A stretch of 64,000 nt of DNA from Nocardioidaceae bacterium (GTDB taxonomy: Bacteria; Actinomycetota; Actinomycetes; Propionibacteriales; Nocardioidaceae), in contig JAICWH010000002.1 of the NCBI GenBank assembly GCA_025934895.1, positions 2,472 through 66,471 on the forward strand, in the 5' to 3' direction. Under the pieces are notes generated by a model. That model was not told the origin of the DNA, did no database searches, and worked only from the letters and a program-made list of their open reading frames with translations. The translations under genes were made by a program, and so were the position numbers. Positions 21,201-30,796 of this stretch are shown in pieces. Position 1 is the first letter of the stretch, and each line of letters begins with the position of its first letter.

Positions 21201-21303
21201 CGTCTCCCACGTCACGGAGCTGCGCAGCAGGATCCCGACCCAGGTCCAGGTCGACAAGGGGCGCGCCGGTTCGACGGTCCGCGTGCGGACCCTCGTGGGA
21301 TGA
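18205..21303 (+). CDS. sbcC: SbcC SMC-like ATPase
   Basis: ATG overlaps the sbcD stop (TGATG); GATGAGKS, coiled coil with CHVC zinc hook, LSGGE, LFVDEGFG, VSH. Confidence 0.95.
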   Translation: MRLHRLTVTAFGPFAGTEHVDFDQLNEAGLFLLTGATGAGKSSLLDAVCFALYGTVPGVRGVKTLKSQHAPATARPEVLLDFTVQGRRFVVRRSPEWTRPKHRGSGVVTEKASASVVERTGGVECLRSARAAEVGLLVSDLMGMNAGQFVQVALLPQGEFQTFLRASSQDRHTVLQQLFGTDRFARIEDWVGEHSRRVKEQAEAGRSGVQRILDTVSDRFGSPVPSGLCGDDLAPATAEGRVETWVSGVLVRAEADAAHAREAVRWAAARAREARHRYQEAARRAEQASRRDSALRVLAELVESEPAAGEDRSRLAAHDRASRCTPVLDLRAQALAARGDAASCRDRAVQTLVAALPAGALGLDELLPSSDRAGPVDLTAATGPIDLHDPTEQAVSALLERLRSRAARLEALVPREQAAAEVRRDLDGDLARLAVVERTLEDAVARAEALPAQADRLGSSLISAAALAARHETLTSALTAARSRQDAAARLDQARHRLAALDDARRDARDRMQDAREDLHTVVAQRLAGMAAELAGALVDGAPCHVCGSVEHPRRATPEVGAVGDRDHQAADQRVVDATSALEAAGEAVRAAQHRHDALASASGGRSAQQAAEEVAHLEADLADAVAAARLCKELKTQLTALRAEQADLGRRQSAGIAEAAALRGSAAAHDRTLTALSAEISDELGDRPAVASVADALRRLSSWCGPLSDTRAAVAALDAAEARLAEVTDLAVAAALDQGFGSLTDVEAALLPTPTHERLLTRLRERDEAEARARAVLDDPVLRDDPGPADAPEHLRTLTLALAEAESADAEATRLLALHEDRVAGGRVLLDRLGAALEGWAPMRDESIRAEAISRLVRGMGHDNRLQMRLSAYVLATRLDQVVAAANERLGHMRDQRYLLQRTGRAERRSAQAGLGLEIVDQWTGDTRSPSTLSGGETFVVSLSLALGLADVVTHEAGGTEVETLFVDEGFGTLDADTLDDVMDRLDGLRAGGRTVGIVSHVTELRSRIPTQVQVDKGRAGSTVRVRTLVG

Positions 21304-21375
21304 GGCGCCGCCCATGGGAGGTGCCGTGCCTATCCGGGCCGGGGCGTCCAGAGGCCTGCCCGGCATGATGCTGCC

Positions 21376-21867
21376 ATGAGCGATCCCGCCGGCCCGATGG
21401 TTGCCGTCGTCGACGTCGACGGCGTGGTGGCCGACGTACGCCATCGTCTGCGGCACGTCACCGAACGGCCGAAGGACTGGCGGGCGTTCTTCGACGGAGC
21501 CGCGGACGACCCGCTGTTGCTCGAGGGCGAGGAGACCGTGCGCAAGCTCGCGGAGGTCTACGACGTCGTCTACCTGTCCGGTCGGCCCGAACGGCTCCGG
21601 CACGTGACCGAGCGGTGGTTGCGCCGGCACGACCTTCCGGCGGGGCCGCTGCTGCTTCGGCCCCGGGACGACCACCGACCTGCCCGCTTCTTCAAGGTCG
21701 AGGCTCTCCGGCACCTGGCGGAGACCCGGACCGTCGTGGTGCTCGTCGACGATGACCCGCGGGTCGTCGAGGCAGCCCGGTCGGCCGGGTTCGACGTGCT
21801 CCCGGCCACCTGGATGGGCGAGCACTCGGCGCTGCGCGAGGCGCAGGAGCGCGACGGCCGCACCTGA
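21376..21867 (+). CDS. HAD-like phosphatase (resembles polynucleotide kinase 3'-phosphatase domain)
   Basis: DVDGVVAD, LSGRPE, FKVE, LVDDD. Confidence 0.7.
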   Translation: MSDPAGPMVAVVDVDGVVADVRHRLRHVTERPKDWRAFFDGAADDPLLLEGEETVRKLAEVYDVVYLSGRPERLRHVTERWLRRHDLPAGPLLLRPRDDHRPARFFKVEALRHLAETRTVVVLVDDDPRVVEAARSAGFDVLPATWMGEHSALREAQERDGRT

Positions 21868-21916
21868 CCCCGACCCTCCGTGGGTGTGTCCGATCACCGG
21901 GACCTAGCCTCGACCC

Positions 21917-23443
21917 ATGACCCGGCACGAGATCGACGACTCGTTCACGGCCCTGCCGTACCGGCGGCTGGCGGAGTCCGCGCTGACCCGCGCCCAGGAC
22001 TTCCACGTGAGCCACGCGGACTTCCGGTTCGAGCGGATCAGGTCACAGGACGTGCGGGTCCGCGACGGCCGGCTGCAGGGTGCCTCGGACTCCGAGAACG
22101 TCGGCTTCTCCGTGCGGGTGATCCTCAACGGCGCCTGGGGGTTCGCCTCCGGGATGCTGCTGAGCAGCCAGGAGGCGGTCAGGATCGCCGAGACCGCCGT
22201 ACGCACCGCACAGGTCGCCGCGGCGATGACGTCCCGTCCCGTCGAGCTGGCCGCGGAACCAGCCTACGACGACGTGCACTGGGTCTCCGACTACCAGGTC
22301 GACCCTCTCAGCGTGCCACTGGCCGATAAGGTCGACCTGCTGTCCGGCTGGTCGGCGGCGCTGGTGGCCGCCCCCGGCGTCGAGCACAGCTTCGGCTCGC
22401 TCCGGCAGGTGGTGGAGAACAAGTTCTACGCCGACCTGGCAGGCACCACCACGACCCAGCAGCGGGTCCGCCTGCAGCCGGACGTCGAGGTCTATGGGAC
22501 CAATGACCGGACCGGGACGTTCGACTCGATGCGCACGGTCGCGCCTCCGGTCGGGCGAGGGTGGGAGTACCTCACCGACGGCTACGACTGGGACACCGCG
22601 CTGGGCGAGCTGCCGCCGTTGCTGGCGGAGAAGCTCGTCGCTCCCCCGGTAGAGGCCGGCCGCTACGACCTCGTCGTGCATCCCTCGAACCTGTGGCTGA
22701 CCATCCACGAGTCGGTCGGGCACGCCACCGAGCTGGACCGGGCGCTGGGCTACGAGGCGAACTACGCCGGCACGTCGTTCGCCACCGTGGACAGGCTCGG
22801 CACCCTGCAGTACGGCTCCCCCGTCATGAACGTCGTCGGTGACCGGACCCGTCCACACGGCCTCGCCACGGTGGGGTACGACGACGAGGGCGTCGCGACG
22901 CAGAGCTGGGACATCATCCGCGACGGTGTCCTGGTCGGCTACCAGCTCGACCGGTCGATGTCGCAGATGATGCCGGAGCTCAACGGCGGGCGCTCCAACG
23001 GGTGCGCCTTCGCCGACTCACCCGGCCACATCCCGATCCAGCGAATGGCCAACGTCTCGTTGCAGCCGGACCCGGACCCGGGCGGTGCACCCAGCACCGA
23101 GGAGCTGCTGAGCCGCGTCGAGCGAGGGATCTTCGTGGTCGGGGACAAGTCCTGGTCGATCGACATGCAGCGCTACAACTTCCAGTTCACCGGACAGCGC
23201 TTCTACCGGATCGAGAAGGGCCAGCTCGCCGGCCAGCTGCGTGACGTCGCCTACCAGGCCACCACCACGGACTTCTGGGGGTCCATGGAGGCGGTCGGTG
23301 GCGCCTCCACCTGGGAGCTCGGAGGTGCGTTCAACTGCGGCAAGGCGCAACCTGGCCAGGTGGCTGCCGTGTCCCACGGATGTCCCACCTCCCTGTTCCG
23401 CAACGTGAACGTCCTGAACACCACCGCCGAGTTCGGCAGCTGA
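21917..23443 (+). CDS. tldD: TldD metalloprotease
   Basis: IHESVGHATE (HExxxH), GYDDEGV, RMANVSL, CGKAQP. Confidence 0.93.
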   Translation: MTRHEIDDSFTALPYRRLAESALTRAQDFHVSHADFRFERIRSQDVRVRDGRLQGASDSENVGFSVRVILNGAWGFASGMLLSSQEAVRIAETAVRTAQVAAAMTSRPVELAAEPAYDDVHWVSDYQVDPLSVPLADKVDLLSGWSAALVAAPGVEHSFGSLRQVVENKFYADLAGTTTTQQRVRLQPDVEVYGTNDRTGTFDSMRTVAPPVGRGWEYLTDGYDWDTALGELPPLLAEKLVAPPVEAGRYDLVVHPSNLWLTIHESVGHATELDRALGYEANYAGTSFATVDRLGTLQYGSPVMNVVGDRTRPHGLATVGYDDEGVATQSWDIIRDGVLVGYQLDRSMSQMMPELNGGRSNGCAFADSPGHIPIQRMANVSLQPDPDPGGAPSTEELLSRVERGIFVVGDKSWSIDMQRYNFQFTGQRFYRIEKGQLAGQLRDVAYQATTTDFWGSMEAVGGASTWELGGAFNCGKAQPGQVAAVSHGCPTSLFRNVNVLNTTAEFGS

Positions 23444-23457
23444 GGGGCGGACCAGCG

Positions 23458-24846
23458 ATGACCGGCATCAGTCCGCAGGAGCTCGTCGAGCACGCGCTCG
23501 GCTCCTCGCGCAGCGACCACTGCGTCGCCATCGTGCACGACTCGATGAGCGCCAACCTCCGATGGGCCAACAACACGTTGACCACCAACGGCGTGATGCA
23601 CGAGGTGACCGTGACGGTGGTCGCCCTGCACGGCATCCGCGAGGGGATGGCGGCCGGGTCGGTCTCAGCGACCGCTGCCTCGACCGAGCAGGTGGACCGG
23701 ATCGTCGGGGCCGCGGATGCGGCGGCGCGGGCCGGGAGCCCGGCCGAGGACGCTGCCGACCTGCCCACCGGTGAGGCAGCCGGCGACTGGTACGACCCGT
23801 CCGGCGAGACCTCGATCGACGTCTACGCCGACTTCGCGCCTGCCCTGGGGGAGGCGTTCAGGCGCGCGGACGCGGAGAGCCGCTTGCTCTACGGGTTCGT
23901 CGACCACGACGTCACCACGACGTACCTCGGCACCAGCACCGGGCTCCGGCTCAGGCACGTGCAGCCGACCGGCCACTATGGCTGCACCGCGAAGCCGACG
24001 GACCTGTCCACGAGCGCCTGGGTCGGAGGCGCGACCCGGGACTTCGTGGGCGTCGACGCGCAGGCGTTGGACGCCGAGCTGGTGCAGCGGCTGAGCTGGG
24101 CGTCGCGTCGCGTCGACCTCCCGGCCGGCCGCTACGACACCGTTCTGCCGCCGACGGCCGTGTCCGACCTGATGATCTACGCCTACTGGAGCGCGTCCGC
24201 CCGCTCGGCCCATGACGGCCAGACGGTCTTCTCCCGCCGGGGCGGTGGCACCCGCATCGGGGAGCGGCTCAGCGACCAGCCCCTGCAGATGATCTCCGAC
24301 CCGACGTACGACGGGCTGCAGGCGGCGCCGTTCGTCAGCACCGGCTCGAGCAACGAGATCGAGAGCGTCTTCGACAACGGGCTGCCGCTCGGTCGTACGC
24401 ACTGGGTCAGGAACGGCGTGCTGACGGCGTTGCTGCAGAACAGGTACTCCGCCCGGCTCACCGGGCAGCCCGTCACGCCGTACGTCGACAACCTCGTCGT
24501 CTCCGTCGACGGTGCCACCGGCAGCACGTCGGACCTGGTCGCTGGCGTGGAGCGGGGCCTGCTGCTGACCTGCCTGTGGTACATCCGCGAGGTGGACCCA
24601 CAGACGCTGCTGCTCACCGGGCTGACCCGCGACGGTGTCTACCTGGTCGAGAACGGTGAGGTCACCGGTGCGGTCAACAACTTCCGGTTCAACGAGAGCC
24701 CGGTCGACCTCATGCGGCGCTTCACGCAAGCCTCGGCGACGGTCCCGAGCTTCTCACGTGAGTGGGGTGACTCCTTCCCACGCACCGCCACCCCGGCGTT
24801 GCGGGTGCCCGACTTCAACATGTCCACCGTCTCGCTGGCCACCTGA
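23458..24846 (+). CDS. tldE: TldE/PmbA partner subunit
   Basis: Follows tldD; RWANNTLTTNG, LTGLTRDG..NNFRFNESP. Confidence 0.88.
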   Translation: MTGISPQELVEHALGSSRSDHCVAIVHDSMSANLRWANNTLTTNGVMHEVTVTVVALHGIREGMAAGSVSATAASTEQVDRIVGAADAAARAGSPAEDAADLPTGEAAGDWYDPSGETSIDVYADFAPALGEAFRRADAESRLLYGFVDHDVTTTYLGTSTGLRLRHVQPTGHYGCTAKPTDLSTSAWVGGATRDFVGVDAQALDAELVQRLSWASRRVDLPAGRYDTVLPPTAVSDLMIYAYWSASARSAHDGQTVFSRRGGGTRIGERLSDQPLQMISDPTYDGLQAAPFVSTGSSNEIESVFDNGLPLGRTHWVRNGVLTALLQNRYSARLTGQPVTPYVDNLVVSVDGATGSTSDLVAGVERGLLLTCLWYIREVDPQTLLLTGLTRDGVYLVENGEVTGAVNNFRFNESPVDLMRRFTQASATVPSFSREWGDSFPRTATPALRVPDFNMSTVSLAT

Positions 24847-25032
24847 CCCGGCGTGTCTGGCGGCGGCCTGCCCGCCGACCCGGCGTGTCTGGCGGCGCCT
24901 GCCCGCCGACCCGGCGTGTCTGGCGGCAGCGGGTCCGCCAGATACGCCGGGTCGGCCCGACGGCCTCGCCAGATACGCCGGGTCGGCCTCACGGCCTCGC
25001 CAGATACGCCGGGTCGCCAGACCCGCCGGGTC
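24845..25032. repeat. Nested palindromic REP/BIME-like array between convergent genes
   Basis: GACCCGGCGTGTCTGGCG at 24845, 24877, 24908; inverted CGCCAGATACGCCGGGTC at 24936, 24967, 24998; one degenerate copy at 25016. Confidence 0.9.
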
Positions 25033-26362
25033 AGCGGCCGGGGATGGGGGCCGCGGGGTCGTACGGCACCCGGGTGAAGACGAAGGTCGCGCACGCCAGG
25101 TGGTTGACGGTCCCGTCGTCGTTGCGTACGACGCTCAGCCGCTCCCCGTGGTGGTAGCCGAACGTGCCGACGAACGTGCCGTCCTCCTGGGGTGCGAAGC
25201 CGTGCATCCGGACGTCGCTCCCGGCCTTCGTCACGACCACCTGTCGGCCGTCCCAGGCGAAGGCGAACGCGGTGTTCCCCCAGTGCCACACCCCCAGGAC
25301 GTCCTCGACGGAAGGCGGCACAGCCGCGACCGGCCTCCACGGCGGCGGTACCGTCCCTTCCGACGCTTCGAGCGTCTCGAGCATCTCGACCGGCAGCCGG
25401 TCGCTGCGCATCCCGGTGGTGGCGTTGGCCACCGCCACCGCACCCGTACGACGGACGGGGTCGACGAACAACCCGGCCAGGAACCCCGGCATGGAGCCGG
25501 TGTGGCCGAAGACGAGACCCGAGCCACCGCGGACGATCTGGAACCCGAGACCATGCGCGGAGGCCATCCCCCCGGCTCGGCTGGCCGACTGCGGGGTCAC
25601 CATCTCCTCGAGGGTCGCCCGGGAGAGCACGTCGTCGTGTCCGGCACCCAGGAACGCGGCGTAGCGCGCCAGGTCCTCGACGGTGCTCCACACCTGACCC
25701 GCCGGTGCCATGCCGCCGGCGTCGAACGCAGGCTCCTCGGTCAGCGTGTTGGCATAGTGGTGCACGCTCCAGCCGGTCGCGTGCGGCGGCTCGGGAAGGT
25801 ACGACGTCCGCGTCATCCCCAACGGCGCAAGGATCCTCGAGGTCACCTGGTCCCACCATGACGCACCCCGAACCCGGGCGACCAGCTCACCGAGCAGCGC
25901 GAACGCGACGTTCGAGTAGTGGAACGTGACGCCGGGTGCGAACGCCGGCGCCGAGTCGTCCAGGGCCGCCACCAGCGCGTCGAACGGGACACCCGGGCTT
26001 CGCTCCCACCACGACCCGGCCGGCTCGGAGTTCATGCCCGAGGAGTGTGTGAGCAGGTGGCGCAGCGTCCGGTCGCCGTACGGGACCCCCGGCAGGTGCG
26101 CCGACAGAGGGTCGTTGAGGTCCAGCCTCCCTTCGTCGCGCAGCTGGAGGATGAGCACCGCGACCAGGGTCTTCGTGATCGACCCGATGCGGTACTGGAC
26201 GCCGGGACCGGCCACGAACCCCTCGAGCGCGCTCACCGAGCCGGTCCACTCCAGGGAGCCGTCGCGGACCACCGCGGCGACCACCGAGGGCAGCCGCCCG
26301 GCCACCTGCTCGCGAGCGAGCAGCACCTCGAGCCGGCGCGCCGTCGACGGGAGGACGCTCAT
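25031..26362 (-). CDS. Serine hydrolase, beta-lactamase class C / D-peptidase family
   Basis: YRIGSITK (SxxK), LLTHSSG, YSN, GHTG; ATGA overlap with the gcvP stop. Confidence 0.88.
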   Translation of the reverse strand: MSVLPSTARRLEVLLAREQVAGRLPSVVAAVVRDGSLEWTGSVSALEGFVAGPGVQYRIGSITKTLVAVLILQLRDEGRLDLNDPLSAHLPGVPYGDRTLRHLLTHSSGMNSEPAGSWWERSPGVPFDALVAALDDSAPAFAPGVTFHYSNVAFALLGELVARVRGASWWDQVTSRILAPLGMTRTSYLPEPPHATGWSVHHYANTLTEEPAFDAGGMAPAGQVWSTVEDLARYAAFLGAGHDDVLSRATLEEMVTPQSASRAGGMASAHGLGFQIVRGGSGLVFGHTGSMPGFLAGLFVDPVRRTGAVAVANATTGMRSDRLPVEMLETLEASEGTVPPPWRPVAAVPPSVEDVLGVWHWGNTAFAFAWDGRQVVVTKAGSDVRMHGFAPQEDGTFVGTFGYHHGERLSVVRNDDGTVNHLACATFVFTRVPYDPAAPIPGR

Positions 26363-29259
26363 GCCTCGGAGCTGGTGAACGCCTCGGGCGGCGGGCAGGC
26401 GCAGACCAGGTTGCGGTCGCCGTAGGCCTGGTCGACGCGGCCCACGGGCGGCCAGTACTTGTCCGGGTCGTAGCCGGTCGGGAACACCGCCACCTCCCGC
26501 GAGTAGGCACGGTCCCAGTCACCGACCAGCGTCCTGGCCGTGTGCGGCGCCCCCCGCAGTGGGGACATCTCCGGGGTCCACTCCCCTGCTGCGACACGCT
26601 CGATCTCACCGCGGATCGCGATCATCGCCTCGCAGAACCGGTCGATCTCCGCGAGGTCCTCGGACTCGGTCGGCTCGACCATCAGCGTGCCCGGGACGGG
26701 GAAGCTCATCGTGGGCGCGTGGAAGCCGTAGTCGACGAGCCGCTTGGCCACGTCGTCGACGGTGACGCCCGTGCGACGGGTGAGCTCGCGCAGGTCGAGG
26801 ATGCACTCGTGCGCGACCAGGTCGCCATGTCCCTTGTACAGCACGGGAAAGTGCTCGCCCAGCCGCTTCGCGACGTAGTTCGCCGACAGCACCGCCACCG
26901 CAGTCGCGTCGGTCAGCCCCGCGCCGCCCATCATCCGCACGTAGGCCCATGAGATCGGCAGGATGCCCGCCGAGCCGTACGGCGCCGCACTGACCGGCCC
27001 GCTGCCCGCCCGCAGCGCAGGGTCCGGGTGTCCCGGGTGTGACGGCAGGTACGGCGCCAGGTGTGCCCGCACCCCGACCGGGCCCACCCCGGGACCGCCG
27101 CCGCCGTGCGGGATGCAGAACGTCTTGTGCAGGTTGAGGTGTGAGACGTCGCCACCGAACTCTCCGGGCCGTGCGTAGCCGAGCAGCGCGTTGAGGTTGG
27201 CCCCGTCGACGTACACCTGGCCGCCGTGCTCGTGGACCACGGCGCACAGGTCGCCGATGCCGTCCTCGTAGGCGCCGTGCGTCGAGGGGTAGGTGACCAT
27301 GATCGCGGCCAGCTCCGCGGAGTGCTTCTCGCACTTGGCGCGCAGGTCATCCATGTCGACGCGTCCGTCGTCCGCTGCGTCCACCACCACCACGCGCATG
27401 CCGGCCATCACCGCGGAGGCGGCGTTGGTGCCGTGCGCGGAGGCCGGGATCAGGCAGACGTCGCGGCCCGGCTGGTCGTTCGCGACGTGGTAGGCGCGGA
27501 TCGCCAGCAGCCCCGCGAGCTCGCCCTGGGAGCCGGCGTTCGGCTGGATCGAGACCCGGTCGTAACCGGTGACGTCGGCCAGCCAGCCCTCCAGCTCGCC
27601 GATCAACCGCGCGTAGCCGAGCGCATCCTCGGCGGGGGCGAACGGGTGCAGGTCCGCGAAGCCGGGCAGGCTGATCGGCTCCATCTCGGTGGTCGCGTTG
27701 AGCTTCATGGTGCAGGAGCCGAGGGGAATCATCCCCCGGTCCAGCGCGTAGTCCCGCGCCGAGAGCCGGCGCAGGTAGCGCAGCATCGACGTCTCGGACC
27801 GGTGCGAGTTGAACACCTCGTGCCGCAGGTACGGCGTGGTCCGGACGAGGTCACCGGGCAGCTCGTCACCCACCCGGGCGTCGACCTCGTCGAGGTCCAC
27901 GTCCGCCACGTCAACCCGGGAGGCGCCGAAGGCCTCGAGCACGGCCTCGAGGTGCGTGCGGGTGGTGGTCTCCGACGTGGAGACCCCGACCGTGTCGTCG
28001 TCCTTGTGCCGCAGGTGCACGCCCCGCTCCCGTGCTGCGGCCACCACGGAGGCGGCCCCGCCGGGCACCCGGACGGTCACCGTGTCGAACAGCTGCTCGT
28101 GGAGCACCTCGGCACCGGCCTCCCGCAGCGCGGCGGCCAGCACCGCGGCGTACCGGTGGGTGCGGAGCGCGATGGTCCGCAGGCCCGCGGGTCCGTGGTA
28201 GACGGCGTACATCGCGGCGACGACCGCGAGCAGCACCTGCGCCGTGCAGATGTTGGAGGTGGCCTTGTCACGGCGGATGTGCTGCTCGCGGGTCTGGAGC
28301 GCGAGCCGGTACGCCGTCCGGCCCTCGGCGTCGACCGAGACGCCGACCAGCCGGCCGGGCAGGTGTCGCTCGAGGCCGGCCCGAACGGACATGCAGCCGG
28401 CATGCGGGCCACCGTAGAACAGCGGGACGCCGAAGCGCTGGGAGGAGCCGACGACCACGTCGGCCCCCATCGTGCCGGGTGCCTCCAGCAGGGTGAGCGC
28501 CAGCAGGTCCGCGGCTACGACCGCCAGGCCGCCGCGCTCGTGCATCGCCTCGACCACTGGTCGGGGGTCGAGGATCGCCCCGTCCGAGCCCGGGTACTGC
28601 ACCAGGACCCCGCACGGCTTGTCCAGGTCGCCTGGCAGGCCCGCGGTCAGGTCCGCGACGACGACCTCGATGCCCATCGCCCGGGCCCGGGTCGAGACGA
28701 CGGCGATCGTCTGCGGCAGCGCGTTGGCGTCGACCACGAACGGCCCGGTCGCCCTCTTGTTCGCCCGCCGCACGAGCGTCATCGCCTCGGCCGCGGCCGT
28801 CGCCTCGTCGAGCAGCGACGCGTTCGCGGTCGGCAGCCCGGTCAGGTCACCGACCATGGTCTGGAAGTTCAGCAGCGCCTCGAGTCGACCCTGGGAGATC
28901 TCCGGCTGGTACGGCGTGTAGGCGGTGTACCAGCTCGGGTCCTCCAGGACGTTGCGACGTATGACGGACGGGGTGATCGTGCCCGAGTAGCCCAGGCCGA
29001 TCATCGGCTCGAGCGGGTTGTTGCGGGCCGCCGCGGCACGCAGCTCACCGGCCGCCTGCTGCTCGGTGGCCGGCGCCGGCAGGCCGAGCTCCTCGGCCGA
29101 GCGGATCCCCCCGGGGACCGCCGCATCCATCAGCGCGTTTAGGGACTCGAAGCCCAGCGCCTCGAGCATGGTGTCCCGTTCGGCGGGGCTCGGCCCGATG
29201 TGCCGCTCGGCGAAGACGCCGGAGGTGTCGAGGTCGAAGAGACTGGGGTGGTCGGACAT
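26359..29259 (-). CDS. gcvP: Glycine dehydrogenase (decarboxylating), P protein
   Basis: [64 protein letters not shown]. Confidence 0.98.
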   Translation of the reverse strand: MSDHPSLFDLDTSGVFAERHIGPSPAERDTMLEALGFESLNALMDAAVPGGIRSAEELGLPAPATEQQAAGELRAAAARNNPLEPMIGLGYSGTITPSVIRRNVLEDPSWYTAYTPYQPEISQGRLEALLNFQTMVGDLTGLPTANASLLDEATAAAEAMTLVRRANKRATGPFVVDANALPQTIAVVSTRARAMGIEVVVADLTAGLPGDLDKPCGVLVQYPGSDGAILDPRPVVEAMHERGGLAVVAADLLALTLLEAPGTMGADVVVGSSQRFGVPLFYGGPHAGCMSVRAGLERHLPGRLVGVSVDAEGRTAYRLALQTREQHIRRDKATSNICTAQVLLAVVAAMYAVYHGPAGLRTIALRTHRYAAVLAAALREAGAEVLHEQLFDTVTVRVPGGAASVVAAARERGVHLRHKDDDTVGVSTSETTTRTHLEAVLEAFGASRVDVADVDLDEVDARVGDELPGDLVRTTPYLRHEVFNSHRSETSMLRYLRRLSARDYALDRGMIPLGSCTMKLNATTEMEPISLPGFADLHPFAPAEDALGYARLIGELEGWLADVTGYDRVSIQPNAGSQGELAGLLAIRAYHVANDQPGRDVCLIPASAHGTNAASAVMAGMRVVVVDAADDGRVDMDDLRAKCEKHSAELAAIMVTYPSTHGAYEDGIGDLCAVVHEHGGQVYVDGANLNALLGYARPGEFGGDVSHLNLHKTFCIPHGGGGPGVGPVGVRAHLAPYLPSHPGHPDPALRAGSGPVSAAPYGSAGILPISWAYVRMMGGAGLTDATAVAVLSANYVAKRLGEHFPVLYKGHGDLVAHECILDLRELTRRTGVTVDDVAKRLVDYGFHAPTMSFPVPGTLMVEPTESEDLAEIDRFCEAMIAIRGEIERVAAGEWTPEMSPLRGAPHTARTLVGDWDRAYSREVAVFPTGYDPDKYWPPVGRVDQAYGDRNLVCACPPPEAFTSSEA

Positions 29260-29289
29260 GGAGGCTCCTGGGCTAGCGCGGTCAGGTCG

Positions 29290-29445
29290 CCTCCCCCTCT
29301 GTCAGCGACGCCCACATCAGTGTCGTCTTCAGAGTCGCCTCACCCGCGCGGTCCTGGCGCCTGAGAGGTTCTGGGGAGGAGTTGCCCCTTCGGCGCTCCG
29401 ACCCGGCTCAAGATCAGCAGGAGTCGAAGACTCTCCCGCACGGTG
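29290..29445 (-). ncRNA. Glycine riboswitch (one complete aptamer plus a reduced second element)
   Basis: Minus strand GGGAGAG...CGCCGAAGGGGCAA...ACCTCTCAGG, then CTCTGAAG-hairpin-GACAGAGGGGG, directly upstream of gcvP. Confidence 0.9.
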
Positions 29446-29460
29446 TCAGCAGCACGGTAG

Positions 29461-29466
29461 ATTCTA
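29461..29466 (-). promoter_or_regulatory. -10 element (TAGAAT) of the riboswitch-gcvP transcript
   Basis: TAGAAT about 20 nt upstream of the first aptamer motif. Confidence 0.6.
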
Positions 29467-29475
29467 CCAACCGGG

Positions 29476-30084
29476 TCAGCCGACGGCGCGGGCCCGGCGA
29501 CGGGCGGCGAGCTCGTCGGCGGTGTGAGCGGCGCTGTCGTCGGTGATCCGCTCGCTGGGCAGCTCCGCGAGGGAGCCCTCGATCTCACGCCAGACGCCGC
29601 CGATGGCGATGCCGAACACGCCTTGGCCGCCTTGGAGGAGGTCGATGACCTCGTCGTTGCTGGTGCACTCGTAGACCGTCGCGCCGTCGCTCATCAGCGT
29701 CACGCCGGTGAGGTCGTCGGTGCCCCGCGCGCGCAGGTGCTGCACGGCGGTGCGGATCTGCTGGAGCGAGACGCCCGCGTCGAGCAGCCGCTTGATCACC
29801 TTCAGCAGCAAGATGTCCCGGAAGGAGTAGAGCCGCTGGGTGCCGGAGCCGGTGGCCCCCCGGACGGTGGGATCCACCAGCCCGGTGCGGGCCCAGTAGT
29901 CGAGCTGGCGGTAGGTGATGCCGGCGGCACTGCACGCGGTGGGACCCCGGTAGCCGGTGCCGCTGGGGAGCGGGGAGACGTCGTCGTCGAAGAGCAGTCC
30001 CTGCTGGCTGGCGGCGTGGGCCGCCTCGTGTGCCGCGGTGTCGCGGGCTGCATCGCGTGCAGCCACGTCATCCTTGCCGTTCAC
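29476..30084 (-). CDS. MerR-family regulator (Rv1830-like)
   Basis: GYRGPTACSAAGITYRQLDYWARTGLV..GSGTQRLYSFRD..GQGVFGIA. Confidence 0.92.
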   Translation of the reverse strand: MNGKDDVAARDAARDTAAHEAAHAASQQGLLFDDDVSPLPSGTGYRGPTACSAAGITYRQLDYWARTGLVDPTVRGATGSGTQRLYSFRDILLLKVIKRLLDAGVSLQQIRTAVQHLRARGTDDLTGVTLMSDGATVYECTSNDEVIDLLQGGQGVFGIAIGGVWREIEGSLAELPSERITDDSAAHTADELAARRRARAVG

Positions 30085-30284
30085 CGGTGACCTCGTCTCG
30101 TCAGCTTCGCTCTGCGTGTCGCTCCCGGGAGGAAGCCGTCGTTCCCGGGACGCGGGCAGAGAACAACGGTGGAGTTACAGCGAAGACACTTCCCAAGGTA
30201 GGCCCCACATGCAGGGCGGTCAACGAGCACCGCGGCATCGGACCGGCGTGTCGTGACCCTCGACCTGAGGTTGAGGGTTGACCG

Positions 30285-30752
30285 TCAGAGCGCCTCGAAG
30301 TCCTCCGGTGAGACGTGGTCGAGGAACTCGCGGAACTTCTCCACCTCGTCCTCCTGCTCGTCGGGCACCTCGAGACCGGCCTCGTCGAGCACCTGCTCCG
30401 CACAGACGATCTTGCTGCCGGTGCGCAGCGCCAACGCGATCGAGTCCGAGGGGCGAGCGCTGACCTCTACGCCGGAGCCGAAGACCAGCACCGCGTAGAA
30501 GATGCCGTCCTTCATCTCGGTGATCCGGACCTCGGAGAGGTCCTGGCCGGTGGCGTTGAGGAGGTCCTTGATCAGGTCGTGGGTGAGCGGCCTGGGCGGC
30601 ACGACGCCCTGCTGGGCGAACGCGATGGCGGTGGCCTCCACGGCACCGATCCAGATGGGCAGGTAGCGGTCGCCCGACACCTCCCGCAGCAACACGATGG
30701 GCTGGTTCGAGGGCATCTCCACACGGACACCGATCACGTCGACTTCGCGCAC
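30285..30752 (-). CDS. Bifunctional nuclease / DUF151 family (Rv1829-like)
   Basis: GTG start REVDVIGVRVEMPSNQPIVLL..YLPIWIG..RPLTHDL..ARPSDSIALA. Confidence 0.92.
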   Translation of the reverse strand: MREVDVIGVRVEMPSNQPIVLLREVSGDRYLPIWIGAVEATAIAFAQQGVVPPRPLTHDLIKDLLNATGQDLSEVRITEMKDGIFYAVLVFGSGVEVSARPSDSIALALRTGSKIVCAEQVLDEAGLEVPDEQEDEVEKFREFLDHVSPEDFEAL

Positions 30753-30796
30753 ATCATCAGCGTACCCCCGCACTCGTGACCGGAACCTGGCAACTC

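Noticed and set aside
21917-24846. tldD/tldE as part of a RiPP (microcin-like) cluster
   Set aside because: No precursor peptide, YcaO or other modification enzyme nearby; looks like the housekeeping pair
24845-25032. Repeat array as CRISPR or as IS terminal inverted repeats
   Set aside because: Linkers are only 12-14 nt and near-identical, orientation flips mid-array, and there is no transposase or target-site duplication
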